A DNA stretch of 64,000 bases from Perkinsela sp. CCAP 1560/9 (GCA_965644495.1 CBFFSA010000005.1:248001-312000); one strand, 5' to 3'. Shown: positions 10,637 to 21,302, numbered from the stretch's first letter. The notes: generated by a model from the sequence alone, not told the origin. Made by a program: numbers and translations.

Positions 10637-11362
10637 TAAACCAAAAACCTGCAACATACACTACAAATGTAGTCAAATAACGGTTCGTCACCCCCCTCAC
10701 CATATTCTTGGTCACAAGATGTTCGGGTATATTAGTAGTACCGGTGTAATTCACGATGTGGTATGGGGGTACTCTTCTTGAGAGGTGTTTGCCTCCTATG
10801 CGTGTCGTCTGTTTTCTGCGTGTCGAATTTTTGTAGCCTGGGAACATTAAAATCTTGCACTTTGTAAAAGTATTTTATTTACCGAATCAAAAGTTTGTAT
10901 AAATGTTCAAATGTTTCTATAAACGATATTGGTGTGACCATGTAAAAGAAAGAGGACCGCAGTCAAGTTATACTAAATCTGGTAGTTCTTTTCTCCACAA
11001 TCTTCTAAAACATTGATACAGATATGAAATAACTTTTTTTAAGATACTTAAGTAGCGCATCTCGATAAGTAGGTAGTGGTGGCATTGTTTTACATTCATT
11101 ATGTGGGAGTAGAATATTCATTTCATTCATTTTTTAATTAATTCTTTTTTAATTTCATTCACATATTTCGTTTTTCAAGTTTTGGAAATTGACAATTCAC
11201 ATTCATTATGTTATATTCTCAATGTATTGCATACCCAATGAGTTACACTTAATTGCTTTTACTCGAGATATTACGTCGTTCCAATTTGAATCTAGTTTCT
11301 CTACTCTACTATCCGACTTTTTCCTCCTCTTCTAGTTTGAATATTCGCTTATACTTCCAGTA

Positions 11363-12196
11363 ATGTACGGAAAATACTGTATTGATGACGGATTCGATTC
11401 ACGTCGGGGTAAAGTCAACTCTATGTTGTTACCTCCAGAGGATATGCTCGAGAGCTTTATTTCCAATTTAACTGTAAGGCATCAGTCTTGGCGTAAAGGT
11501 AAGAGGAACATGTTTGGACGTAAACAACGTGTATCCGTATGCAAATGGCTAGGAGTGACGTGTGATATGGATCAAAATGTGAGAAGAATCGAATGGATTT
11601 CGTTTGATCTTCTCGGATCTTTACAGTGGGGGTCCTTACCTAATACCTTAGTTGCTTGTAATCTTTTCGATAACAAACTGGGCGGATTCGTCGTTCTTGG
11701 TTTTTTGCCACCAAATTTGCTATCCTTCACATTAACAAGCAATGCTTTTGTTGGGGAAATATCTCTAACTCATCTACCAAGCAAATTAGAGACTATTAGA
11801 ATGACTGACAACCAATTTGTAGGAAGTGTAGATTTAACGAACCTGCCTTCCGGGTTAAAACATCTATATCTCAACAAGAATAAGTTTTCTGGTACTGTCG
11901 ATCTCTCTCACTTACCGGACTTGAAATATCTCTACCTATCCAGTAACAGGTTTACGGGGCCGCTTTCTCTGCGGCATTTGTCGGAATCGCTTGAGTTTGT
12001 TAGCTTTCACCACAATTATTTTTCTGGCTTAGTATTGTTTGACCAGCTTCCCAAAAGTTTGATATTTTTGTCTGTGCGCAACAATAGAGATCTTTATGGT
12101 CAGATTGATAGTTCTGTGTTTCCTAAGAATTTAAGAGATATAGAACATCAGAACACAGAAATTCAATTCAAATCCAAAGTTCGAAACAAGATATAA
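11363..12196 (+). CDS. Leucine-rich repeat protein (family paralog 1)
   Basis: C.W.GV.C N-cap followed by ~23-aa repeats LPxxLxxLxLxxNxFxGxVDLxx. Confidence 0.88.
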   Translation: MYGKYCIDDGFDSRRGKVNSMLLPPEDMLESFISNLTVRHQSWRKGKRNMFGRKQRVSVCKWLGVTCDMDQNVRRIEWISFDLLGSLQWGSLPNTLVACNLFDNKLGGFVVLGFLPPNLLSFTLTSNAFVGEISLTHLPSKLETIRMTDNQFVGSVDLTNLPSGLKHLYLNKNKFSGTVDLSHLPDLKYLYLSSNRFTGPLSLRHLSESLEFVSFHHNYFSGLVLFDQLPKSLIFLSVRNNRDLYGQIDSSVFPKNLRDIEHQNTEIQFKSKVRNKI

Positions 12197-12399
12197 ATCA
12201 GCATTAATACGTGTATGCGATGGAAAACAAACCAAGAACAGCAAGGAATTCCTCCGCCAACGTAATTTCGCAATGAATAGAACAATTAATATTTGGACTA
12301 GCTGCGAAATCATAGTGGACCAAAAAACAATTTATTACAAGCAAACATACCTGTATGTAGTGCAGCATATACAGATATGTAGTGCGCGAAATAAAGTAT

Positions 12400-12705
12400 A
12401 TGGAGATTAAAGTCTCGCACCACTATTGAGAATCTTACATCTGGAAGCCTACGCAAATTTGGCTAAAAGCTGGTTTTATACCTTTTCTCTCTATAAGTGG
12501 AAAACTATTAATCATACTAATAAGTCACACTGTGCAACAGGTATCAACACCAACACGGTAGAGTGCGTCAACTCTATGGCAAAAGAGCGACTGAAGCAAG
12601 ATGGTGATGTTCTGGGTCGGAAATTGGCAAAGAACCGGGATCGAATACAAGATTACGCGGCATGTACGCCGAAGGAAGTTTGAAGCGTGGTGGGGGTGAT
12701 AGATT
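12400..12705 (+). pseudogene. Merlin/IS1595 (ISXO2-like) transposase remnant, interrupted by the element at 12706
   Basis: Degenerate S(D>Y)xWKAYxxL, then KTINH....ATGINTNTVE.VNS..K..LK, matching the Merlin/ISXO2 VNHS...GVHTNxIE motif. Confidence 0.65.
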
Positions 12706-12730
12706 GGAGACTGTGCAGCTAACCGGTGCC

Positions 12731-12800
12731 ATCTCGTGCCGTCTTGTGCCAATTCATGCCAACTCATGCCAATTCGTGCCAACTCATGCCAATTCATGCC
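12731..12800. repeat. Subterminal 10-bp tandem repeat AAYTCRTGCC (~7 copies, first two degenerate)
   Basis: atctcgtgcc gtcttgtgcc aattcatgcc aactcatgcc aattcgtgcc aactcatgcc aattcatgcc read directly. Confidence 0.9.
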
Positions 12801-12959
12801 AACCAGAACTGGGAATAATGAGAGATTGTTTAGGGATACAGAGATCACATGCATTTTTTTATACCCTGCACCTCAATTTCTCTCCACGGAATATCCATAA
12901 CAATATAGTAATAACTTAATAATATGAGGGATGAAACTAGATTTTTCCTTCATGCAGTA

Positions 12960-13360
12960 TTACTCGAGCGCCCCCTCGTCGGTGCTATCATCATCGTCTA
13001 TAACTATGGGGGTCCATTGTCCCTTAAAGAATGAATGTAAAGTCGTATGTTGCGGTGCTGGGGCGTCGGGCTGGGGGTAACGCTTGCGCTGTGTTTCACA
13101 AGCAGATTTTGGATTGAATGACGCGTTTCTCCTCAGTTGTCAAAAATCGAGGAAACTTCCCACCCCATTCGTAGCGCAGGTAAGCTTCTAGGCTATGTAT
13201 AATGAGGGCTGCTTTGAAGCAGTCTCCTAGCAAATCAAAAGAATACGTCCAATTTTTTAGTGCCAGCCATCGGCCAATGAAAGTTCGGCCAAAAACATGC
13301 TCAATGCGTGAATGTAGGGCATCAAGTCGAACACCACAAACGTCAAGTTCAGAAAACTTT
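12960..13360 (-). pseudogene. Harbinger/IS5-like DDE transposase C-terminal remnant
   Basis: LHSRIEHVFGRTFIGRWLAL matches the R-x2-[IV]E-x2-FG...RW..L catalytic-Glu motif; continues after a frameshift into an acidic tail (DDDDSTDEGALE*). Confidence 0.65.
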
Positions 13361-13484
13361 TTGATTGTATTATTTATGAATTTACACATATTATTGTAAT
13401 AGAGTATTATAAATAACGTCGGTTTTTTGGTTAAAGACTTCACAACTAGCTTCACAACTTCGAACTTAACATCACTTACGGAAA

Positions 13485-14291
13485 TTAAACTAAATTAATA
13501 CTTTCCACATGAACTTTCGCCTTTCTATCCTCTTCCTTCTTAGCCTTCGCACTATTCTCCACAGTGACGTGAAGAACCGGTGGGCCTCTCTTCCGTTTAT
13601 CATGAAGAATGACGGCTCCGAGCTGCAGAAGCTTTGTCGCCGCAACTTCTGGAACATCTTCTTCCCAACAGGTTGATTCGACGTACTCCTTGGCCTTTTC
13701 CACATAGGTCAAGCGTACCCGGAACTTCTCTTCATGCACGGACAGCTTCTCGATGATTCTAGACTTTAGATCGGACCGAATCGTCACACGTCTTCGATTC
13801 AAATCTCCGACAAAGCTATTCCAAAAGTTTTTTAATACTGTCGCCATGTCACGTTCGTCTTTAGAACTCACAGACAATCGGAACTTTTTGGCGTAGTTAA
13901 TGCCTGCCCGCAAAAACTTAGTTCCGTCATCAGCCCAGTCAATGCTGGATTTGCTCGCAATCAGGGCATACGCCACATGCGAAAAAGTAAATCGCAACCC
14001 CAAAACAGTCTTCCGAAAGAATTGGCTGGATGTGCACTTTACTGATTCAAGGCCCAGATCGGATGAAAATAACTCCTGAAGGAGGGGAGGAGAAAATGAT
14101 TCAACGACTTGTGATTGTCCACAAGTCGCACAAACATCAGAACCGTTGAATACCCCATACTGCAAGCATTGCACACATACATCTCTGTGCTGCTCGGAAT
14201 CGACACACCATTTGCAATAAACACAAAATGATGATCGACCTTCGGTGGGAAGAGTGAACGGTGTCATTTTCTGACATTTTCCTTCGCACAT
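13485..14291 (-). CDS. Transposon-borne Cys-rich (zinc-ribbon-like) protein, 268 aa
   Basis: Intact ATG-to-TAA ORF inside the TIRs; N-terminal CxxxC, CxxC, CxxC, CxxC pairs; basic C-terminus (DKRKRG). Confidence 0.65.
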   Translation of the reverse strand: MCEGKCQKMTPFTLPTEGRSSFCVYCKWCVDSEQHRDVCVQCLQYGVFNGSDVCATCGQSQVVESFSPPLLQELFSSDLGLESVKCTSSQFFRKTVLGLRFTFSHVAYALIASKSSIDWADDGTKFLRAGINYAKKFRLSVSSKDERDMATVLKNFWNSFVGDLNRRRVTIRSDLKSRIIEKLSVHEEKFRVRLTYVEKAKEYVESTCWEEDVPEVAATKLLQLGAVILHDKRKRGPPVLHVTVENSAKAKKEEDRKAKVHVESINLV

Positions 14292-14459
14292 CTGGCGACA
14301 GATTGATGCTTGGAATGATATAAGTGATGTGGTGCAAAGAATAAAAAAACTTGAATACCGAATTCTTTAGATGACTTTTAACGAATATACATTTGTAACT
14401 AAACTTTGCAGAACGCACCGAAAAAAGATTTAAATTGGCTGATAAAACAAAAATATGGT

Positions 14460-14499
14460 TACTCATGCCAACTCATGCTAACTTGTGCCAATTCATGCC
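14460..14499. repeat. Subterminal 10-bp tandem repeat AAYTCRTGCC (~4 copies)
   Basis: actcatgcca actcatgcta acttgtgcca attcatgcc; same orientation as the array at 12731. Confidence 0.85.
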
Positions 14500-14764
14500 A
14501 ACCAAGACTTGCACAGTCTCCATTGCTTCAAGATTTAAAAAATTTAACGGAGCACTGTGTTTACGTTCTTTTAACAACACGCACTCAAAAAATAGTAAAG
14601 GAACGTCCTGAGTTAAACGGAACGTCTTTGCCTAAGTTAAAGTACACTCAAAGCGACATGCAGATATTTAAAATTTTGTTTATGTTTATCAATTTATCCC
14701 ATCTCTCTTATTCGACGCATGAAATGATATCGCAATTTCTTTGAAACAGGCGGCGTATCATACG

Positions 14765-15895
14765 ATGTGTTCGAAACGCTATCGTAGTCTGTGTGCTGTA
14801 TCTAGAAGTTTATCGAAGTTACTACGCTTGGCACAATCCGAAAAATATAAGCCACAAAGTTCCAATTTTCCAGGACACGAGGTCGTAACAGAAGAGTCCC
14901 GAATGTTGCACACCGCTCTCGAAAAATTAATTCTCAGTCGCAACGATCCTCGGGCGAGGCTTGAAGTGTTCCGTCTTTTACCACGCTCGCTCACATATTG
15001 CGTGACGACTCCTCGGGGTAAGTACGATCCTCTTATGATATTTCCTCAGCTGTTTACATTTGAAACGTCGCAAACTTCGGAGATGAATGCCGGACGTCAG
15101 GAATTGGAACCTACAGGAAAGATTCCGGAAACAGATCGTCGATTTGCTGTCCCTTTGTTTACTTCTTTTCCACTCCTGGAACACTTTGCACGACGTCTTC
15201 GGTGCGTGGTTCGGGGCCCTGATGACGCTCTTTGGGTAGATGGCACAGTTCTTTGTCAGCCCTCACTGGAGAAACCGCCCACGGCTGCTCCCTCTACCCT
15301 CTCGACCCCCACCGAGCCCGATTTAATGCAGGAAGGGTTGAGCTACCGCATACGCCCCCTCTTTCCGTTTGGCCCCCCCACAACGCCCTACCTCGTCGGC
15401 TGCTTTGCGGCGTATAAAGATTTAATGCCACATATTCAAATCTTCCCCGACAGCACGGATCTTGTGCTTAACTTAGGAACCCCCCTGGAGTGGCACATTA
15501 AGCGTCCCGTCGCAAACGAGCTGCAGCTGGAGAACAACATCGACGCCACCATCTATCACGAGATTGCTCGTGCCGTGTGCACGTCCCTCTCCCGGTTCTT
15601 CCACCTGTACTGCCCAGAGGTGCGGGAGGGGAAGTACTGTGTGATGCCACAGGGGGAGCGCAGTGGCCCGGAGGCCTCCGACCACCTCTACACGATTTTT
15701 ATACACTACCGCTCCGATGAGGCGTGGAGCACAAAGAGGAAGGTGGAGGAGGGCCAGCAACGCGCGCAGTGGGTCGGTCATCCCTGTGTGCGGGTTCTGG
15801 AGAGCGACTCCGCGACACAGTTACTCCATGAGGCCTCGGAGGTGTTTTATGTGCCACCACCGCGGGAGGTGGGGTTTCGAACGGTTGTGGGGTAA
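14765..15895 (+). CDS. Hypothetical protein, possibly mitochondrial, with SseB-like motifs
   Basis: Long ORF with an R/S/L-rich N-terminus; AVPLFTS..LL..F, DLVLNLGT and F...PEV resemble SseB N- and C-domain motifs. Confidence 0.6.
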   Translation: MCSKRYRSLCAVSRSLSKLLRLAQSEKYKPQSSNFPGHEVVTEESRMLHTALEKLILSRNDPRARLEVFRLLPRSLTYCVTTPRGKYDPLMIFPQLFTFETSQTSEMNAGRQELEPTGKIPETDRRFAVPLFTSFPLLEHFARRLRCVVRGPDDALWVDGTVLCQPSLEKPPTAAPSTLSTPTEPDLMQEGLSYRIRPLFPFGPPTTPYLVGCFAAYKDLMPHIQIFPDSTDLVLNLGTPLEWHIKRPVANELQLENNIDATIYHEIARAVCTSLSRFFHLYCPEVREGKYCVMPQGERSGPEASDHLYTIFIHYRSDEAWSTKRKVEEGQQRAQWVGHPCVRVLESDSATQLLHEASEVFYVPPPREVGFRTVVG

Positions 15896-16020
15896 AAAGG
15901 ATGGTGATGACGATTGATAAAAGGGATTAAGGTAAGCATTGGTGAGTATTAAAACGATTCGACGGTACGATAAACATTATTTCATTGAGTCTTTCTTCTT
16001 TCACTTATTGTGTCACTTGT

Positions 16021-16512
16021 ATGTTGCGAAAAAGTCTAGAACTTTTGAAAAAGAAAGCTGAATCGCTAGCTCATGAAACAAAGCCTATCAATGTAAAGAC
16101 TAAGAAAGCTAAGATTTATAGGGCGAACATCGTGCCTTCATCCAAACAACCGAAGAATGTACCTGCGACACCAGTAGCCTCCTCCCCCTTAAAGGATCTT
16201 CCCAATATGAGTGAAGAGACGTACAACGCCAATCTCGAAATAATACGACAATTGTCTCTTCGGGGTTGTCGCGCCTTAGCTATCCTGATTGTAGGGCTAT
16301 GCGTTCTGTATTATGTGAAACCCAAGACGTGCCCTAAGCAATGCAAATTAAAGGAAAAATGTAAAGGCGCGAATACCTCAGATTCCAACGGTTTCATGGA
16401 AAAAGCAGAAAATGCGTCTGCGAAATATTTACAGGAAATGTCAGAAGCGGGTTGGCCCGTGGATGATAAAGATCTCGAGTCGGTCAAAAGTACATCTGTG
16501 TCGATAAGGTAA
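16021..16512 (+). CDS. Hypothetical single-pass membrane protein
   Basis: MLRKS start typical of kinetoplastid mitochondrial presequences; hydrophobic ALAILIVGLCVLYYV. Confidence 0.6.
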   Translation: MLRKSLELLKKKAESLAHETKPINVKTKKAKIYRANIVPSSKQPKNVPATPVASSPLKDLPNMSEETYNANLEIIRQLSLRGCRALAILIVGLCVLYYVKPKTCPKQCKLKEKCKGANTSDSNGFMEKAENASAKYLQEMSEAGWPVDDKDLESVKSTSVSIR

Positions 16513-17089
16513 TTTTTTCCAGATCAATGTGGGGGCATACACGTAAATCGATGTACATAAGCCTATTGACAAGCATGATACGATTCGTTATATTTTAATA
16601 GATTGGCAGGCATCGCGGTGGACTTTTTTGCCATGTTTGTGTCACTCATTGTACATATGCATTCGGGGGGTTGAAACTGGTGCGCCTGGGAGCGCACCTC
16701 ATCTTTTATTGCGGGGGTTTCACTGATAAAAACGAATACGATTAAAATTATGTAACGCAATTGAATAAACGAATTGTGATAAGCTCTAAAATACGTGCAT
16801 TTTTGTACATACCCTTTGACGATGTACTTTAACAACAGCTTGTTATCGTCACCGCGCGTACTCTATCTGGTAACTTGGGTTAGCCTTTTCAGACGTTGAC
16901 ATTCGATGTTGATTGTCATACTGTTTACTCAGCCACGAGCTTCCCGTCAAATGCCTTGTACTGAGGCGAGTACATGTAGTGTGGACGAGTACATACAGTG
17001 TAGGAGGAAGAACATGTATTCCATAGGGCCGACATATAGACCTCACATAACAGGACGTGTTCTCCCTTCATCCGGTCAATTCCAGCGTC

Positions 17090-18100
17090 AATAGCTGTTC
17101 CAAAAGTCTGCATTCTTATCGACATCCGAATTAAGAATATCACACAGTTCATCGGCGAGAATTGATTCACATTTGTGAAGTTTTCCGGTCTTTTTGCGGA
17201 AAAAGGTAAGAAACTGTTCGATGGTAATATTTGGCGGCCATTGCTCCAGGAGCGACCGAACAAAAATGAGAAATTGCTGAGAAGGAGTGCTCATGAGAGC
17301 AAACGTGATGGTCACTATTCGCGTCGCGTAAAGTTCGTCTTCCTATTCAACGCGACATTGGAACACCTATTCACACAAGTTCCTATTCACACGACATGGG
17401 AACACAAAAAGAAGCGCGTATGCCCGCCCTTTCAAAAATCGAGGGTAGAGCGGTGCTTTCAACCACCGCAATGGCTTTGTTCTTCGTTCATTGTTGTGTT
17501 AATCGCAATCCGAAGCGGACCTCGGAGCACTGAAAAAGCAATAAGAGTGGAAGAAAATAAAAAGCATATAAGCGCTTCAGATGCTTCCGGAAGGGTACGT
17601 GTGGTAAAATGCATTTCTCTCACAGTCGGGTGGATTTTTTTGCTTCCGCTAGTTCCTCACGAGGACATTTCGTCTTCTCTGCATGTTGATGCACTTTATT
17701 TTTTAAAGCAAGGTATTCTTCCTTGTGCATCACTGTCCCTATTCCTTCCTTCCAGACGCTGTGCATTAGCTTTACGTGTTCGATGAGCGCAAAGTGAGAT
17801 AGGCAGTGCTGTTTTCCGGCAGTGCGACTCCACAAGTCGAGCTATCGTGGGAGCTTTGTTGCCGATGTAACTGGCCGAGGTAAACTTATCTAGTATCCAC
17901 CAAGTCGCACCGCCAAGCTTCGGAGAAGCATGAACAGGAGCTTTGTGCACCTTACCGATCTTCCAAAACGCTCCGGGACCAGCATCTTTAAGACCTCATA
18001 CTTTTTATCATACCATGTATGTTGCTGTCGAAGTCAGGGCTTCATAAAGTTCCATTACGGGCGTTTCAACAAAAAGCTTCAAAAGGGAAACTGCGCTTGT
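17090..18100 (-). pseudogene. Highly degenerate non-LTR retrotransposon reverse transcriptase remnant
   Basis: Ordered fragments across frames on the minus strand: ELYEAL...LKDAGPGA, FSEAWR, ASY...IARLVE, DCERNAF, FLIFVRSLL, ILADE (cf. EL..AL, P..WK, SYRPI, D..KAFD, LF.IF...L, [YF]ADD); many stops and shifts. Confidence 0.45.
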
Positions 18101-18563
18101 TAGGAAATTTAAAAATAATCCTTCTCGTGATCCCCTAAGCTGTGACCCACCAAAAGGCTGTAGTACGACTCAATAGTTTTGGCGGCCTTCTGTACATCGT
18201 CATCAATTTCCTGGTCAGATTGAACCAAGTTTGCACGCTTTTCAAAAATTCTCTTAAAAGTAACTAAATATCAACAAATTCGCGACAAAAACGAAACTAC
18301 GCACACAAGACTACCTCCGCACAGAGCAATTTCCGCACAGAACAACGCACCATGCCCTACATGATACATGGGCTGGTTTCTTGTAGGGGTTTTTATTCTA
18401 CTCCGGGAGGGCCTGCAACACAAAACCTCCTTTGTTTCCTTTTCTCCTTCCCTCCCTTCTCCCTTTCCTCATCCCTTTTCTCCCCACTCATCTCTTTTCC
18501 CTCCACCCTTCTTTTCTTTTCCTTCCTCCTTCCCTCTCACCCCCATCCTCCCCCCCTCTCCCC

Positions 18564-19415
18564 ATGCGCCCCACCCCCCTCACCCGCCACTGGGGCAGTT
18601 TCCACCACATCGACGGCCGTCCCACCCGTCACACCGAACTCCTCATGCACGACACCGTCGCACCCCCCCGCTCCCTTCTCCGTTTCGGTGGCGTCTCCCC
18701 CTACCACAAACAGTACCTCATGCGCACCATGCTCACCGAGCTCATCCGTCGCGACTTCCTTACCCTCCCCGGGCGTCGTGCCCACGCCCTCGCGGTCTAC
18801 GCCAACAACGCGGTGACGCTGGCCAAACGCGGCGACACCACCTCGCGCCAGTCCCTGGCCTATTTCCTCCTCGACAACTACATGGTCGACAAGGCCTTTG
18901 ACGAGTTCCCCTCCCGGTTCCGCCACACCCACGGGAACTACGTCGCGGTGAGCTGGCTCCGCGAGAGCCGGCGCAAGGACAGCAAGCGGCTCTACTTTGT
19001 GGAGTTCCGCAACCGGGCAGGGTCCGCGACCCACCGCGGGGACGACACCGAGCGCGGCCCCGAGCGCTTCTTCCTGCCGCAGCCCCAGCGCGAGAGCCAC
19101 CGGGAGCGGGAGCTCCCGAAGCACTGGCAGATGGTCTTCGACCGCTGGGCGGGGAAGTACAAGACGGGGGCGTTCCTGACGTGGTGGCGGGTGCGACACG
19201 CCACGATGCGGTTCTGGGGGTACCGGAATGTGCCGCACCCCGCGGAGGTGGGGCCGCTGTGGGGGGAGGCGGAGGAGGAGGAGTTCCAGCGGGACCGGGC
19301 GGTGGGGCCGGAGGTGGAGGCGGGGGCGGATTTGGATCTGGAGGGGGCGGGGGTGGGGCTGGTGGGGGTGGAGGGGATGAGGAGTGGGGTGGGGCCGCTG
19401 CCGCGGTTGTCGTAG
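18564..19415 (+). CDS. MRPL17: Mitochondrial ribosomal protein L17 (bL17m)
   Basis: HKQYLMRTMLTELIRRD...A..L...A...VTLAKRG...VDKAFDEFPSRF....GNY......RRKDS...YFVE fits the L17 family; ATG at 18564 follows a long pyrimidine tract. Confidence 0.78.
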   Translation: MRPTPLTRHWGSFHHIDGRPTRHTELLMHDTVAPPRSLLRFGGVSPYHKQYLMRTMLTELIRRDFLTLPGRRAHALAVYANNAVTLAKRGDTTSRQSLAYFLLDNYMVDKAFDEFPSRFRHTHGNYVAVSWLRESRRKDSKRLYFVEFRNRAGSATHRGDDTERGPERFFLPQPQRESHRERELPKHWQMVFDRWAGKYKTGAFLTWWRVRHATMRFWGYRNVPHPAEVGPLWGEAEEEEFQRDRAVGPEVEAGADLDLEGAGVGLVGVEGMRSGVGPLPRLS

Positions 19416-19592
19416 GGAGGGGGGGGATTTATGGAGGGGTTGTAGAAAAGGAAAAAGGGGGGTTGTGGGAATTGTGGTTAAAAAATGGTGTACATTTAAA
19501 AGTGGTGTAGTGGAAAACGTGTGTTGGTTTGCGATGCACGGTTGCAGATGTCCAAGTGTCCTCCAGCGGGGAAATTTGTACAGCAGTACGTA

Positions 19593-20510
19593 TAAACCCC
19601 GGGACACGATAAGTCACCTCCCTCTAAAATTTGGTTACTTTATCCGTTTGGGCTAATTTTTGTTGCATTTTGCAGATCTCGATGACGCTTGTTTGCGCAT
19701 ATCATATAGAGAATAAAACTGGGAACCTATAAAATATGAATTTAGTATTACTACTTTTTTAGTTTTTAGCCACCTTTTTTTTGCAGAGTTTCAGGCATCT
19801 GTCGAAACTTAAAACAGTACGGCCAAGCTCAGATTCAAGAATATTATTAAAAGTCTTTTTACGCACTTAATTAGAGAGGTAGTACAAGACCGATTCATTT
19901 CATTTACGCGTTGCTGAATCATTTCCCACACGTTTTCAATAGGATTAAGGTCCGGAGAACCTGTCGGCCAATTTGGTATGTAATTTTTGAAGTAAAGAAA
20001 TAGGTTTTCGTACTTTTCATCGTGCGTGTACCCGCCCCATCTTGCTGAAAAATAAATTTTCGGGGAAAGAGAGAATTACTTAACATTTCTACACAAGTTT
20101 CACTTGTGATTGAAATGTTGGATAGTAGCACCACAAGGTAACACCATCCAACTCCAATGGCACCCTACACGTGACATGTGGGCGCCCAACGCATTTTCTG
20201 CTTGGGGACGGCCTTTTCTCCTAGGGTAACTCACATCTTTTGATGTGTATCATTCGCATTAAATATCTTCGCATCAGATAAACATTATTATCCCCCTTTT
20301 GGAAGACGATACCTGGATTTCACCATGAAAAAAAATCTCGTCAGATTTTTTTGAAAAAAATGTAGGTTTCTTTCATTTTTTTAAAAGCAGCTAAAAATAG
20401 CGGGAATGTGTAGATCTCGAAATTCTGAACGAAAAAGTGGTATCATAACCTCCCTAGGCCCCTTCATGGAAAAAATTAGGGGGGATGACTTATTCGTGTC
20501 CTGGGGTTTA
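19593..20510 (-). mobile_element. Tc1-family element (copy 2) with decayed DDE transposase, 918 bp
   Basis: TIRs TAAACCCCGGGACACGATAAGTCACC / GGATGACTTATTCGTGTCCTGGGGTTTA with TA flanks; minus-strand motifs SDAKIF, HV*GAIG, FIFQQDGA, WPTGSPDLNPIENVW, SFDRCLKLC. Confidence 0.88.
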
Positions 20511-20567
20511 TACTTTTGCGTTTTTCAACCTTTTTTTCTGTGCATAATCTGTCCTGTACAATTATAA

Positions 20568-21302
20568 ATGAAGAAACCAAAAGGGGGTATTGATGAGAAG
20601 TGTCCTAGAGTAGCCGAATGGATGCGTAACCACGCAGAGCCGTACACTCAGAAGGAGCTTGAAAAGCTTTTGCCCAAAAACATTTCTGGTGTTAATTTCC
20701 AGCAAGTAAATGAAATTCTTGAAATTCTCGTTTCAGAAGGGTTAGTTGCCTCCGAAAAAATTGGGATTTTAAATCTGTTTTGGGCCGTTTCTAAAGACAC
20801 TTCTAAAGAGGCGAAAGCAGCAAGTGGTAAACGTGCTAGACCATGTGTGATAAATACGGTCGAAAATGTCACGGCGCGAATCAATGAACTTGCACTTGAA
20901 AGTGAAGAACTGGAAAAGTCGATTGTTTCTATGCAGAATGGCTTGAATGCGGCGAATAAAATATTGCTCGATTTACCCGAAAACATACAGGTTTCTTCTG
21001 CTACCGTAGAAGAAAAAAAGGAAAAATATAGCTTGCTTGAAAAACGCCTTGAACGCGAAGTCCAACCAACCTTAAGAAAACTTTTACAAGATTATGACAC
21101 CGTAAAACTGCACGACCCTCAGCTGCTCGCTGAAATAGAGCAGCGAACTGCTCAGTGTCGGGATAGCGTGAATCGGTGGACGGATAACATGATGTTGTTA
21201 GCACAGCATATTCAAGCTCGTTGTGGTCTTACTTATGATGAGTTCCGTGAGCAATTTAACGTACCGAGAGATTTTGATTATATTATGGCTTCTGACCCGT
21301 AG
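20568..21302 (+). CDS. MND1: Meiotic nuclear division protein 1 (Hop2 partner)
   Basis: YTQKELEKLLPK..GV..QQV.EIL..LV.EGLV..EKIG..N.FW winged helix; DP....NRWTDN...F.VP.DFDY C-terminus. Confidence 0.9.
   Translation: MKKPKGGIDEKCPRVAEWMRNHAEPYTQKELEKLLPKNISGVNFQQVNEILEILVSEGLVASEKIGILNLFWAVSKDTSKEAKAASGKRARPCVINTVENVTARINELALESEELEKSIVSMQNGLNAANKILLDLPENIQVSSATVEEKKEKYSLLEKRLEREVQPTLRKLLQDYDTVKLHDPQLLAEIEQRTAQCRDSVNRWTDNMMLLAQHIQARCGLTYDEFREQFNVPRDFDYIMASDP

Larger units (their letters stand above)
12706..14521 (-). mobile_element. PIF/Harbinger-type (PHIS group) DNA transposon, internally deleted, 1816 bp
   Basis: Perfect 12-bp TIR GGAGACTGTGCA (12706-12717, 14510-14521); 3-bp TSD ATT (12703-12705, 14522-14524); transposase C-terminal remnant and a second ORF, both on the minus strand. 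Confidence 0.82.

Noticed and set aside
13485-14291. TnpB/Fanzor-like nuclease cargo
   Set aside because: Cys pairs are N-terminal and no RuvC I/II/III acidic motifs are visible.
17175-17786. 203-aa + strand ORF
   Set aside because: Non-ATG start, no domain, and antisense to the decayed RT remnant.
18537-19607. 356-aa minus-strand ORF and overlapping + ORFs (18352, 18368)
   Set aside because: Shadow frames of the GC-rich L17 gene; stop codons are rare at this composition and no domain is recognisable.
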